A DNA stretch of 64,000 nucleotides from an uncultured Clostridia bacterium. GTDB taxonomy: Bacteria; Bacillota; Clostridia; Christensenellales; Aristaeellaceae. How positions within the stretch are numbered: position 1 is the first letter of the stretch; each line of letters starts with the position of its first letter. This document shows, piece after piece, positions 8,738 through 18,015 of the stretch. The stretch is from positions 592 to 64,591 of the forward strand of contig CAMNEH010000001.1 in assembly GCA_946536315.1 (NCBI GenBank), in the 5' to 3' direction. The translations under genes and the position numbers were made by a program. The notes under the pieces were generated by a model, which was not told where the DNA came from, ran no database searches, and saw only the letters and a list, made by a program, of their open reading frames with translations.

Positions 8738-10741
8738 ATGCAGGACAGGAAGACCTTTTATATCACGACGCCGATCTATTACCCGAGCGGGAATATGACC
8801 ATCGGGCATACCTATACCACCGTGGCTGCCGACACCATGACGCGCTTCAAAAAGCTGACGGGGTACGACACGTACTTCCTGACCGGTACGGACGAGCACG
8901 GGCAGAAGATCGAGAAGAAGGCCGCCGAGGCGGGCGTGACGCCGATCGAGTATGTGGATAAGATCGTGGCCGAAACCAAGGAGCTGTGGAAGCTGATGGA
9001 CATCGAATATGACGATTTCATCCGCACCACGGAGGAACGGCATACCCGCATCGTGCAGAAAATCTTCCGTCAGTTTTACGACCAGGGCGACATCTACAAG
9101 TCCGAGTACGAGGGCATGTACTGCACGCCCTGCGAGAGCTTCTGGACCCCGACCCAGCTGAAGGACAAGGACGGCGAAAAAGTCTGCCCGGACTGCGGGC
9201 GTCCCTGTCAGCCCATGAAGGAGGAGAGCTACTTCTTCCGCATGAGCAAATATCAGGACTGGATGATCGACTATATCGAGCAGCATCCGGATTTTATCCA
9301 GCCCGCGTCCCGCGCCAACGAGATGATCAACAACTTCCTGAAGCCCGGCCTGCAGGACCTGTGCGTCAGCCGTACCAGCGTCAAGTGGGGCATCCCGGTG
9401 GACTTCGATCCCAAGCATACGGTGTACGTCTGGATCGACGCGCTGAGCAACTATATTACCGCGCTGGGCTACGGCACGGCGCATGACGAGCTGTACCAGA
9501 AGTACTGGCCTGCCGACGTTCACCTGGTCGGCAAGGAGATCGTACGCTTCCACACCATCTACTGGCCGATCATGCTGCACGCGCTCGGCCTGCCCCTGCC
9601 CAAACAGGTGTTCGGGCACGGCTGGCTGCTGTTCGGCACGGACAAAATGAGCAAGTCCAAGGGCAACGTGGTGTACCCGGGGCCGATCGTGGCCCGCTAC
9701 GGCGTGGACGCGCTGCGCTATTACCTGATGCGTGAAATGCCCTTCGGCTCGGACGGCAACTATACCAACGAATCCTTCCTGACCCGCGTGAACGCCGACC
9801 TGGCCAACGACCTGGGCAACCTGGTCAGCCGTACGGTCGCGATGATCGAAAAATACTTCGACGGCGCGCTGCCCGCCTGGACCGACGAGGGCTTTGTGGA
9901 GGCGGAGGACGCGCCGCTGCGCGACCACTGCGCCGCGCTGCCGGCGCTGGTGGAGGCGCAGATGGACAAGCTGCAGTTCTCCCAGGCGCTGACGGAAATC
10001 TGGAAGGTGATCGGCGAGTGCAACAAGTACATCGACCTGACGCAGCCCTGGATCCTGGGCAAGGACCCGGACAAAAAGGCGCGGCTGGCCAACGTGCTGC
10101 TGAACCTGGCGGAATGCGTCCGCTTTGTGGGCGTGCTGGTGGGCCCGTTCATGCCCAAGACGCCCGCGCGCATCTTTGAGCAGCTCGGCCTTTCGGACGA
10201 CAGCCTGAAGTCCTGGGACAGCCTGGGCAACTTCGGCCGGCTCCCCGAGGGGCTCAGGGTGAAGAAGGGCGAGGCGCTGTTCCCGCGCATCGACATCAAG
10301 AAGGACCTCGAGCTGCTGAGCGGCAGCACGACGGCTCCCGCGAAAGCGCCGGCGCAGCCGGCGGCGCCGAAGGCCCCGGAGGGAGACAAACCGCAGCCCG
10401 CGGGCGAAATCGGCATTGAGGATTTTGAGCGGATCCAGCTCCGCGCCGCGAAGGTCCTGACCTGCGAGAAGGTCAAAAAGAGCGAAAAGCTGCTGCGCTT
10501 CACGCTCGACCTGGGCACAGAGACGCGCACGGTGTTTTCCGGCATCGCGAAGTCCTACCCCGAGCCCGAAGCGCTGGTGGGCAGGACGCTGATCCTGCTG
10601 TCCAACCTGAAGCCCCGCAAAATGATGGGGGAGATGTCCCAGGGCATGCTGCTGTCCGCGCTGGACGAGGCCAGCGGCGCGCTGCGCCTGCTGACGGTCG
10701 ACCGCGCGGAGGATGTCGCGCCGGGCAGCGAGGTCGGCTGA
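8738..10741 (+). CDS. metG: methionine--tRNA ligase with C-terminal tRNA-binding domain
   Basis: 667 aa. Has a HIGH-region equivalent (PSGNMTIGH), KMSKS (DKMSKSKGN), a zinc knuckle (CTPC...CPDCG), and a C-terminal EMAP/Trbp111-like domain (IEDFERIQLRAAKVL...). Confidence 0.95.
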   Translation: MQDRKTFYITTPIYYPSGNMTIGHTYTTVAADTMTRFKKLTGYDTYFLTGTDEHGQKIEKKAAEAGVTPIEYVDKIVAETKELWKLMDIEYDDFIRTTEERHTRIVQKIFRQFYDQGDIYKSEYEGMYCTPCESFWTPTQLKDKDGEKVCPDCGRPCQPMKEESYFFRMSKYQDWMIDYIEQHPDFIQPASRANEMINNFLKPGLQDLCVSRTSVKWGIPVDFDPKHTVYVWIDALSNYITALGYGTAHDELYQKYWPADVHLVGKEIVRFHTIYWPIMLHALGLPLPKQVFGHGWLLFGTDKMSKSKGNVVYPGPIVARYGVDALRYYLMREMPFGSDGNYTNESFLTRVNADLANDLGNLVSRTVAMIEKYFDGALPAWTDEGFVEAEDAPLRDHCAALPALVEAQMDKLQFSQALTEIWKVIGECNKYIDLTQPWILGKDPDKKARLANVLLNLAECVRFVGVLVGPFMPKTPARIFEQLGLSDDSLKSWDSLGNFGRLPEGLRVKKGEALFPRIDIKKDLELLSGSTTAPAKAPAQPAAPKAPEGDKPQPAGEIGIEDFERIQLRAAKVLTCEKVKKSEKLLRFTLDLGTETRTVFSGIAKSYPEPEALVGRTLILLSNLKPRKMMGEMSQGMLLSALDEASGALRLLTVDRAEDVAPGSEVG

Positions 10742-10742
10742 T

Positions 10743-11717
10743 ATGAGCGAAGGGGCAGGGGAACACGAGCGGCTGAGAAAACGGATCCGGATCCTCCGGG
10801 TATGCAGGAGGGTGATTCTCCTGCTGACCATCGCATGGCCGTTCCTGGCCATGCTGCTGCGTCCTGACCGACTGCTGGTCACTTACCCGATCAAAAAAGG
10901 CGATACCGGCCAGATGCTGCTTGTGGTGGCGAGTCTGCTGCTGCCGTGGGCGCTGCTGGCCGCAGGCATGCTGATCGTCATGCTGAAAGAGAACGCGTTG
11001 TGGAAACGCTTTGCGCAGGTCACAGCCGCCCAGGCGGACCTGCCGGCGCTGCTGCGCAGCCATATGGACGTTGAGATCGAGGACCTGGGGGATTGTCTCA
11101 CGATCCAGCAGCTGATCTCAGCGGGACTCATCCATGAAGGCGAACGCATGACCATCACGGGAAGAAATCGCTTTTCGGGGTTCTACGCAGGACGTTTCCC
11201 TCTCTGCTCTTCGTGGCTGCGTATCGATTGGAGAGTCACGAGCAGCCCCATCACCCTGTACACCGGACAGGTCGCGCTGCTGGAAACGCCGGTCTCCTTC
11301 ACAGGCAAGCTGCTCCTGTACAGGCCATCCGTCCATGCCAGGCTGATCAACAGTGTATTTGGCGGGGGGGACTTCGGACGGAAGTCGCAGGCGGTCACCG
11401 GTGTGCGCCTGCCGCTGGGCTGGGCCGTGGAAAGCGATGTACCGGACGCCGCGCGGGCGGCGCTGGCGGACAACCCGGCATTCCTGGACAAACTGAGGGA
11501 CGCGGAGCAGCTGGACTTTATGCTGGTCCATGACAGGCATCTTGTGCTGGGCGGCCATTTCGATTTCACGCCGCAGGACTTGAACGACGCCGCGCCGGCC
11601 GATACCTGCCGCCGGGCGGTCCGCGACCTGTTCGAGCGCGGGATCGACGTCGCGCTGGCCTTCATCCCGTCGGACGGATCCGCGGGTTCTGTGAGCATTT
11701 CAAAGCGGGATTCATGA
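10743..11717 (+). CDS. hypothetical membrane protein
   Basis: I chose the ATG at 10743, 1 nt after the metG stop, over the track start at 10713, which overlaps metG. Two N-terminal TM helices are present. No family motif recognised. Confidence 0.5.
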   Translation: MSEGAGEHERLRKRIRILRVCRRVILLLTIAWPFLAMLLRPDRLLVTYPIKKGDTGQMLLVVASLLLPWALLAAGMLIVMLKENALWKRFAQVTAAQADLPALLRSHMDVEIEDLGDCLTIQQLISAGLIHEGERMTITGRNRFSGFYAGRFPLCSSWLRIDWRVTSSPITLYTGQVALLETPVSFTGKLLLYRPSVHARLINSVFGGGDFGRKSQAVTGVRLPLGWAVESDVPDAARAALADNPAFLDKLRDAEQLDFMLVHDRHLVLGGHFDFTPQDLNDAAPADTCRRAVRDLFERGIDVALAFIPSDGSAGSVSISKRDS

Positions 11718-11741
11718 CATGAATAGGAGGAGGTATCACCC

Positions 11742-12614
11742 ATGAAAAAAATCACCGCGCTGTTGCTGCTGCTGGCGCTGTTCGCCTCGATGGCGGCCGT
11801 CGCGTCGGCGGAAAACCTGGACTATTATTTCGTCGCGACCTTCAACACATCGCCCAAATTCTATACCGGGCCCGGCACCAACTACCTGCGCGCGAACAAC
11901 GGCAAGGCGCAGTACGGTGGCGGTGGCGCCGCGCGCGTGTACGGGTACGAGGGCCGGTGGCTGATGCTGGGCTATGAGACCAAAGACGGCTTGTACCGTA
12001 TCGGCTATTTCCAGGATACGTACCTGCAGAACATGTCCTCTTCCAGCGGCCAGAAGCCGCGCAAGCTGAACTTTGAGTACCGCTCGGCCTGGCTCAACCG
12101 GAAGGTGGACATCACGGATGATCCGGTGATCATGAACGTGCCTTTTGCCACGCTGGCCTCCGGCACCGCGTGCAGCTATCTGGCGAGCTACGACGACCGC
12201 TGGGCCTACATCGAGGTGACCGTTCCCAAGGAAAACCGCAAGGCTCGCGGCTTTGTCCCGATGGAGGCGGTCAGCTTCGGCACGCACACCGTGACGGCGG
12301 TACCCTATACGTTCACCACACCGGTTCCGCAGACGGGGACCCCTGACTATTCGACGGGCTTCTTCGGCAACGGGACCTGGGCGACCGCGAGCACGCCGCT
12401 GAGCACCTACTCCGGCCCCGGGGCGTATTACACCTTCACCGGCACCTTCTATGTGCAGAACCAGCCGATCTATTGCCTGTCCAAGCACTATGACGGCTCG
12501 GGCTGGTGGATCCTCTGCCGCATTTCGGACGGCAGCGGCGCGCAGTACGTATGGGCGAACGCCGGCTGCTTCTTCAATTCTGACTGGCTGCTGAACCGGC
12601 TGCCTCAGGAGTAA
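11742..12614 (+). CDS. secreted protein with SH3b-like repeats (hypothetical)
   Basis: Signal peptide MKKITALLLLLALFASMAAVASA. Three segments of the type YTGPGTNY...RWLMLGY / SYDDRWAYIEV / YSGPGAYY...GWWILCRI are reminiscent of bacterial SH3 domains. Confidence 0.5.
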   Translation: MKKITALLLLLALFASMAAVASAENLDYYFVATFNTSPKFYTGPGTNYLRANNGKAQYGGGGAARVYGYEGRWLMLGYETKDGLYRIGYFQDTYLQNMSSSSGQKPRKLNFEYRSAWLNRKVDITDDPVIMNVPFATLASGTACSYLASYDDRWAYIEVTVPKENRKARGFVPMEAVSFGTHTVTAVPYTFTTPVPQTGTPDYSTGFFGNGTWATASTPLSTYSGPGAYYTFTGTFYVQNQPIYCLSKHYDGSGWWILCRISDGSGAQYVWANAGCFFNSDWLLNRLPQE

Positions 12615-12627
12615 TCCGCAAACTACG

Positions 12628-12679
12628 GCTGCGGCAGGCGCGTTCAAACTATGCTGGACGGCCTGCCGCAGCTTTTATT
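12628..12679 (+). terminator. intrinsic terminator
   Basis: GCTGCGGCAGGC (12628-12639) pairs perfectly with GCCTGCCGCAGC (12661-12672), followed by TTTTATT. It overlaps the ORF-track start at 12651, which argues for a downstream start of the next gene. Confidence 0.65.
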
Positions 12680-12704
12680 GAATGGGAACGATGAGGAGCT
12701 TCGC

Positions 12705-14429
12705 TTGAAATCACTGCTCGTTTATCTGAAAAAATACCGCCTGGAATGCGTGCTGGCGCCGCTGTTCAAGCTGACGGAGGCGCTCTTGGAGCTGCTGGTG
12801 CCGCTGGTGATGGCGGAACTGATCGACCGCGGCATCGCGGGACAGAACGCGCCGCTGATCTGGCGCATGGGGCTCAGGCTCGCGCTGCTGGCAGCGGTGG
12901 GACTGGGCTTTTCAGTCGTCGCGCAGTACTTCAGCGCGAAGGCGGCCACAGGGTTCACGTTCGAGCTGAAGGCGGCGCTCATGCGGCACATCCAGCGCCT
13001 GTCCTACCGGCAGATCGACGAGCAGAGCGTCCCGACCCTGATCACCCGCATGACCGGCGACATGAACCAGGTGCAGACCGGGGTCAACCTGACCTTGCGG
13101 CTGCTGCTGCGCTCGCCCCTGGTCGTGTTCGGGGCCATGGTGATGGCGTTCCGCGTGGACGCGCCGTCCGCGGTGGTGTTCGCCGTGCTGATCCCCGCGT
13201 TGGGGCTGGCGGTGTACGGCATCATGCGCGTGACGCTGCCGGGGTACCGCCGCGTCCAGCGCGCCAGTGACGAAACGCTCGCGCGTGTGCGCGAGAGCCT
13301 GACGGGCGTCCGCGTGATCCGCGCGTTTTCACGCCAGGCGTACGAGGAGGAGCGCTTCGCGGACACACACGCGCGGCTCAGCGGCCTGCAGCTCAGGGTA
13401 CAGCGCGTGTCCGCGGCGCTGAATCCGCTGACGCTCGTCATGGTCAACGCGGGGCTGGCGGTGCTGCTGTATACGGGCGGGGTGCGCGTGAATATCGGGC
13501 AGCTGACCCAGGGCCAGGTGGTCGCGCTCGCGAATTATATGAGCCAGATCCTGGTGGAGCTGCTGAAGCTGGCCAATCTGCTGACGACCATCTCACGCTC
13601 GCTGGCCTGCGCGGACCGCATCGCGGAGGTCCTGCGGGTGACGCCCGATATGCCGGACGGCGAGGCCGAACCGGACCTGGGCGCGTCGCCCCTCATCGAG
13701 TTCAGGAACGCGGGGCTATCCTATACCGGCAAGGGCAAGGAGGCGGTCCGCCATCTGAACCTCAGCCTGAAGCCGGGGGAGAGCCTGGGCATCATTGGCG
13801 GCACGGGCTCGGGCAAGTCCAGCGCGGCCGCCCTGATCGCCCGGCTGTACGACGCGACAGAAGGCGCGGTGCTCGTCGGCGGACAGGACGTGCGCCGCCT
13901 GCGCCTGAGCGCGCTGCGCGGCGCCGTCGGCTACGTGCCGCAAAAGGCGCAGCTGTTTTCGGGCACCGTGCGGGACAACCTGACCCTGGGCCGGAGCGTC
14001 TCGGACGAAGCGCTGTGGGAGGCGCTGGACACGGCCCAGGCGGCCGATTTTGTACGCGCGCTTCCGGAGGGGCTGGATGCGCCCGTACAGCAGGATGGAC
14101 GCAATTTTTCGGGCGGACAGCGTCAGCGCCTGACGATCGCGCGCGCGCTGGTCGGCCGCACGCCGATCCTCATCCTGGATGACAGCGCGTCCGCGCTGGA
14201 CGCGCAGACGGACGCCCGGCTGCGGCGCGCGCTGGACGCGCGGCTGCCCGGCACGGCGAAGGTGATCATTTCTCAGCGCGCCTCCAGCGTCATGCGCCTG
14301 GACCGCATCCTGGTGCTTGAAAACGGCGAGCCGGTGGGGCTAGGCACGCACGAACAGCTGATGCGGACGTGTCCGGTCTATATCGAAACCTATCGCGCGC
14401 AGTTCCCGGAGGAGGTGAGCGCAGAATGA
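12705..14429 (+). CDS. ABC exporter, fused permease/ATPase (heterodimer partner 1)
   Basis: TTG start at 12705 with a GAGGAG RBS 6 nt upstream. Six-TM domain, then Walker A GGTGSGKSS, signature FSGGQRQRL and Walker B ILILDD. Confidence 0.85.
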   Translation: MKSLLVYLKKYRLECVLAPLFKLTEALLELLVPLVMAELIDRGIAGQNAPLIWRMGLRLALLAAVGLGFSVVAQYFSAKAATGFTFELKAALMRHIQRLSYRQIDEQSVPTLITRMTGDMNQVQTGVNLTLRLLLRSPLVVFGAMVMAFRVDAPSAVVFAVLIPALGLAVYGIMRVTLPGYRRVQRASDETLARVRESLTGVRVIRAFSRQAYEEERFADTHARLSGLQLRVQRVSAALNPLTLVMVNAGLAVLLYTGGVRVNIGQLTQGQVVALANYMSQILVELLKLANLLTTISRSLACADRIAEVLRVTPDMPDGEAEPDLGASPLIEFRNAGLSYTGKGKEAVRHLNLSLKPGESLGIIGGTGSGKSSAAALIARLYDATEGAVLVGGQDVRRLRLSALRGAVGYVPQKAQLFSGTVRDNLTLGRSVSDEALWEALDTAQAADFVRALPEGLDAPVQQDGRNFSGGQRQRLTIARALVGRTPILILDDSASALDAQTDARLRRALDARLPGTAKVIISQRASSVMRLDRILVLENGEPVGLGTHEQLMRTCPVYIETYRAQFPEEVSAE

Positions 14430-16162
14430 AGACCTCTCTGCGCCAGCAGCGGCCGGTCATGCGCCGGTTGTTCAGGGAACTGGGACGAAGCCGCGGGCTG
14501 CTGGCTCTGTGTGTCCTGTTTTCCGTGCTGCAGGCCGTAGCGCAGCTGCTGATTCCCGTGTTTTCGGGGCGCGCGATCGACCTGATGCTCGGCCCGGATG
14601 CGGTGGATCTGCGCGCGCTTGCGGGCATTCTGACCGGCATGGCGGTGCTCGCCGCCGCCGCGGGGCTGTGCCAGTACCTGCTCGGTCTGGCCAACAGCCG
14701 ACTGACCGTACGCGCGGTGGAAGGGCTGCGGCGGCGGGCGTTCGAGCGCCTGTCCCGCGTTCCGCTTGCGCAGCTCGACCGCCGGCCGACCGGCGAGACG
14801 GTCAGCCGCGTGATGACGGATGTGGACACGCTGGCGGACGGCCTGCTGATCGGGCTCACACAGCTGTTGGGCGGCGTGACCGCGATCGTGGGAACGCTGG
14901 TCATGATGCTCATCACCCAGCCGTGCATCGCGCTGCTGGTGGTGCTGGTGACGCCGCTGTCCCTGTTCGCCGCGACGTTCATCGCCCGCAGGACGCACCG
15001 GCTGTTCACGCGGCAGTCCGAGGCGCGCGCGGGGCAGACCGTTCAGATTGACGAAATGCTGAACGGCGGCAAGCTGATCGCCGCGTTTCAGGCGGGGGAC
15101 TGGTTTATCGGCAAGTTCGACGCGCAGAACGAACGCCTGCGCGACGCCTCGCTGAAGGCGACCTTTTACTCCTCGCTGACCAATCCGGTGACACGGTTTG
15201 TCAATGCCGTCATTTACGCGGCGGTCGGGCTCTCCGGGGCGCTGACGGTGCTGTCGGGCGGGATGACGGTCGGCGCGCTCTCGGCGTTTTTGTCCTATGC
15301 GAGCCAGTATACGCGTCCGTTCAACGAGATCTCCGGCGTCATGACGGAAATGAGCAACGCGCTGGTCTGCGCGGCCAGGGTGTTCGAGGTGATCGACCTG
15401 CCCGTCGAAAGCGACGGGGACGCGCCGGCGCTGCCGGTGCCGGAGGGCCGCGTGGGGATGTCGGACGTCGCCTTCTCCTACACGCCGCAGCGGCCGCTCA
15501 TCGAGGGCCTGACGCTGGACGTGCGCCCGGGGGAACGCGTCGCGATTGTCGGTCCGACGGGCTGCGGCAAGACGACGCTGATCAACCTGCTGATGCGCTT
15601 CTACGATGTCAACGGCGGGGCCGTGACCGTCGACGGGACTGACGTCCGGTCGGTCACGCGGGAAAGCCTGCGCCGCGCCTATGGCATGGTGCTGCAGGAT
15701 ACCTGGCTGCAGTCCGGGACCATCCGCGACAACATCCGATACGGACGGCCCGATGCGACGGAGGACGAGATCCGCCGCGCCGCCCGCGCCGCGCATGCGG
15801 AGCAGTTCATCCTGCGGCTGCCACAGGACTACGATACCGTGATCGGTGAAAACGGCGGCAGCCTTTCTGTGGGGCAGAAGCAACTGCTGTGCATCGCGCG
15901 GGTCATGCTGACGCACCCGCAGATGCTGATCCTGGACGAAGCGACCAGCAGCATCGACACGCGCACCGAGCAGCTGATTCAGAGCGCTTTTCATACGATG
16001 ATGGAGGGACACACCAGCTTTATCGTCGCGCACAGGCTGTCTACCATCCGCACCGCCGACCTGATCCTGGTCATGCGGGACGGCCATGTCGTCGAGCAGG
16101 GAACGCACGAAGCGCTGCTCGCGCAAAAGGGGTTCTACTATGAACTGTATACAAGCCAGTAG
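14426..16162 (+). CDS. ABC exporter, fused permease/ATPase (heterodimer partner 2)
   Basis: The ATG at 14426 overlaps the upstream stop (ATGA). Walker A GPTGCGKTT, signature LSVGQKQLL, Walker B MLILDEATS. Confidence 0.85.
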   Translation: MKTSLRQQRPVMRRLFRELGRSRGLLALCVLFSVLQAVAQLLIPVFSGRAIDLMLGPDAVDLRALAGILTGMAVLAAAAGLCQYLLGLANSRLTVRAVEGLRRRAFERLSRVPLAQLDRRPTGETVSRVMTDVDTLADGLLIGLTQLLGGVTAIVGTLVMMLITQPCIALLVVLVTPLSLFAATFIARRTHRLFTRQSEARAGQTVQIDEMLNGGKLIAAFQAGDWFIGKFDAQNERLRDASLKATFYSSLTNPVTRFVNAVIYAAVGLSGALTVLSGGMTVGALSAFLSYASQYTRPFNEISGVMTEMSNALVCAARVFEVIDLPVESDGDAPALPVPEGRVGMSDVAFSYTPQRPLIEGLTLDVRPGERVAIVGPTGCGKTTLINLLMRFYDVNGGAVTVDGTDVRSVTRESLRRAYGMVLQDTWLQSGTIRDNIRYGRPDATEDEIRRAARAAHAEQFILRLPQDYDTVIGENGGSLSVGQKQLLCIARVMLTHPQMLILDEATSSIDTRTEQLIQSAFHTMMEGHTSFIVAHRLSTIRTADLILVMRDGHVVEQGTHEALLAQKGFYYELYTSQ

Positions 16163-16179
16163 TTCCTCTGCTCCCCTGT

Positions 16180-16260
16180 GGCCGGCGCGCCGCGCCAGCC
16201 GGACGGAGCCGTATGAAAACTTTCGTGAATTCAGGCGTTTTCATTTCAGTTTGTATTCTT
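16180..16260 (+). terminator. two candidate terminator hairpins after the ABC pair
   Basis: A GC hairpin at 16180-16200 has one mismatch and no U-tract. ATGAAAAC (16213-16220) pairs with GTTTTCAT (16237-16244), followed by T-rich sequence. Confidence 0.4.
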
Positions 16261-16315
16261 GAGGTATTTTGGTCGCGTTCGGGGAAAATATAACCTAAAT
16301 GTAACCGATATATAA

Positions 16316-16344
16316 CTTAAATATTTTTATTTTTCTGCTATACT
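16316..16344 (+). promoter_or_regulatory. candidate promoter of the glycopolymer locus
   Basis: Extended -10 TGcTATACT (TATACT at 16339-16344) lies in a conspicuously AT-rich ~150-nt patch. The -35 is weak (TTAAAT-like). About 115 nt of leader precede the start at 16462. Confidence 0.35.
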
Positions 16345-16461
16345 AACAAATGGGTTTTTCTAACCATTCGCACTGATGGAGACCATGCGTCTGGGACGGA
16401 AAGGCGCAACCCTGGAAAGGAGAAACACGCTTCCCTGGCAGACCAATGCCGCGCGGAAACG

Positions 16462-18015
16462 TTGACGGGTATGACGAACAAGAGTGTGAAGATTGACCTG
16501 GTCAAACTCGCATTATACATCATGAAACGGTTCTGGCTGGTCGTGCTGTGCGGCGTGATCGGCTTTACCGCCTTCTACTGGCGCGCGAACGCCCAGAAGG
16601 TGGATACCTATACGGCCAACGGCACCATGTACGTATACAACGGCAACCCCAACGTGGTCAACTATCAGTATACCAACACTGCCGATCTGAACAGCGCCGT
16701 ACAGCTGCTGGACACCTATATCGTGGTGGTCAAGAGCAACAAGGTGCTCGAGGCGGTGGCCGACCGCCTGATCCCGGATTATCCGGGCATCACGCCCTCG
16801 TATATCGCGAGCACGGTGTACATGGGTTCCATCGCGGAAACGGGCGTGGTACGGGTCAGCTGCACCACGGACCAGGCCCAGAAATCCGCCGATATCTGCA
16901 ACGCGGTCCTGAATGTGGCGCCCGCGGAAATCATCCGCGTCGTGAGCGCCGGCAATATTGAGATCATCGACTACGCGACGCCGCCGCTCAAGCCCGACAG
17001 CTGGTCGCCACTGCGCAGCAGCCTGATCGGCGCAGCCATCGGCGTGGTCGGCGCGTGCCTGGTCCTTTTCCTGATTTTCCTGATCAACCAGAGCATCGCC
17101 AATTCCCGTGAACTGACCGAGGACTACATCCCCCCGGTGCTGGCGTCCATCCAGCGCGAAAAAAGCAAGAGCAAGGATCCTTCCAAGTTCGTGCTGACGA
17201 CGGAAAGCCCGCTGGATTTGATCGAGAGCTACGCCAAGCTGCGCATGAACCTGCTGTATACCCTGGTGGGCAAGGAAAGCCACGCCGTGGTGGTGACCAG
17301 CTCATTCTCTGGCGAGGGCAAAACGACCATCGCGGCCAACCTGGCGATCTCCAGCGCGATGGGCGGCAAGCACGTGCTGCTGATCGACGCGGACATGCGG
17401 CGTTCCAGCCAGCGGGAAATGTTCCACTTTCCGCAGCATGTGCCAGGCCTGTCCAACGTGCTGATCGGGGAATGCACCTGGCAGGAAGCCCTCATCAAGC
17501 CGAAGCAGGACGGCCTGGATATCCTGCCCTCCGGTCAGAAGCCGCCGAACCCTGCGGAGCTGCTGGAGTCCAGCGTCATGCACGAGCTCCTCAGCACGCT
17601 CAATCCGCTGTATGACCTGATCATCATCGACGCGCCGCCCGTGAACATCGTATCCGACCCGTTGGCGCTTTCGGATCAGACGGCCGGCAGCCTCTTCGTA
17701 GTGCGTCAGAATTTCTCGGATCACAAGGAGCTGCGAAAGGCGCTGAATTCCGCCGAGCTGACAGGCATGAATGTGCTGGGCTTCGTCTTCTACGGCGAAA
17801 AAGTCAACCGTAAGAATTACTACTATCATAAGTATTACCGCAATTACTACAACAAGTATGACCCGCGCGTGATCGAGACCGCGAACTTGAAGGCCGCCGC
17901 CATGGCGGCGAAGGAGGCTGAGCATGACAGACAAAAGGCCAAGGACGGTTCTCAGGGTGCTGGCCGTGACGCTGCTGGCGGCAGCCATGCTGACGGCGGG
18001 AGTCGCCGCGGCTGA
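16462..18015 (+). CDS. fused Wzz-type chain-length regulator / BY-kinase (polysaccharide tyrosine autokinase)
   Basis: 517 aa. N-terminal Wzz-like domain flanked by two TM helices. Walker A SFSGEGKTTIAANLA, A' LLIDADMR, B LIIIDAPP. C-terminal tyrosine cluster YYYHKYYRNYYNKY. Confidence 0.85.
   Translation: MTGMTNKSVKIDLVKLALYIMKRFWLVVLCGVIGFTAFYWRANAQKVDTYTANGTMYVYNGNPNVVNYQYTNTADLNSAVQLLDTYIVVVKSNKVLEAVADRLIPDYPGITPSYIASTVYMGSIAETGVVRVSCTTDQAQKSADICNAVLNVAPAEIIRVVSAGNIEIIDYATPPLKPDSWSPLRSSLIGAAIGVVGACLVLFLIFLINQSIANSRELTEDYIPPVLASIQREKSKSKDPSKFVLTTESPLDLIESYAKLRMNLLYTLVGKESHAVVVTSSFSGEGKTTIAANLAISSAMGGKHVLLIDADMRRSSQREMFHFPQHVPGLSNVLIGECTWQEALIKPKQDGLDILPSGQKPPNPAELLESSVMHELLSTLNPLYDLIIIDAPPVNIVSDPLALSDQTAGSLFVVRQNFSDHKELRKALNSAELTGMNVLGFVFYGEKVNRKNYYYHKYYRNYYNKYDPRVIETANLKAAAMAAKEAEHDRQKAKDGSQGAGRDAAGGSHADGGSRRG

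Noticed and set aside
12651-12704. ORF-track upstream starts for several genes: 12651, 10713, 14369, 25047, 29409, 30355, 33329, 34120, 37549, 39386, 47050, 51021, 51370 and 58611.
   Set aside because: The upstream extensions overlap the preceding gene or a terminator hairpin and lack an RBS. Downstream starts give canonical N-termini, AGGAGG-type RBSs or ATGA/GTGA coupling.
16163-16461. Mobile-element or integration-site boundary at the AT-rich patch.
   Set aside because: No integrase, transposase, tRNA, inverted terminal repeats or flanking direct repeats were seen. It is kept only as a low-interest compositional observation.
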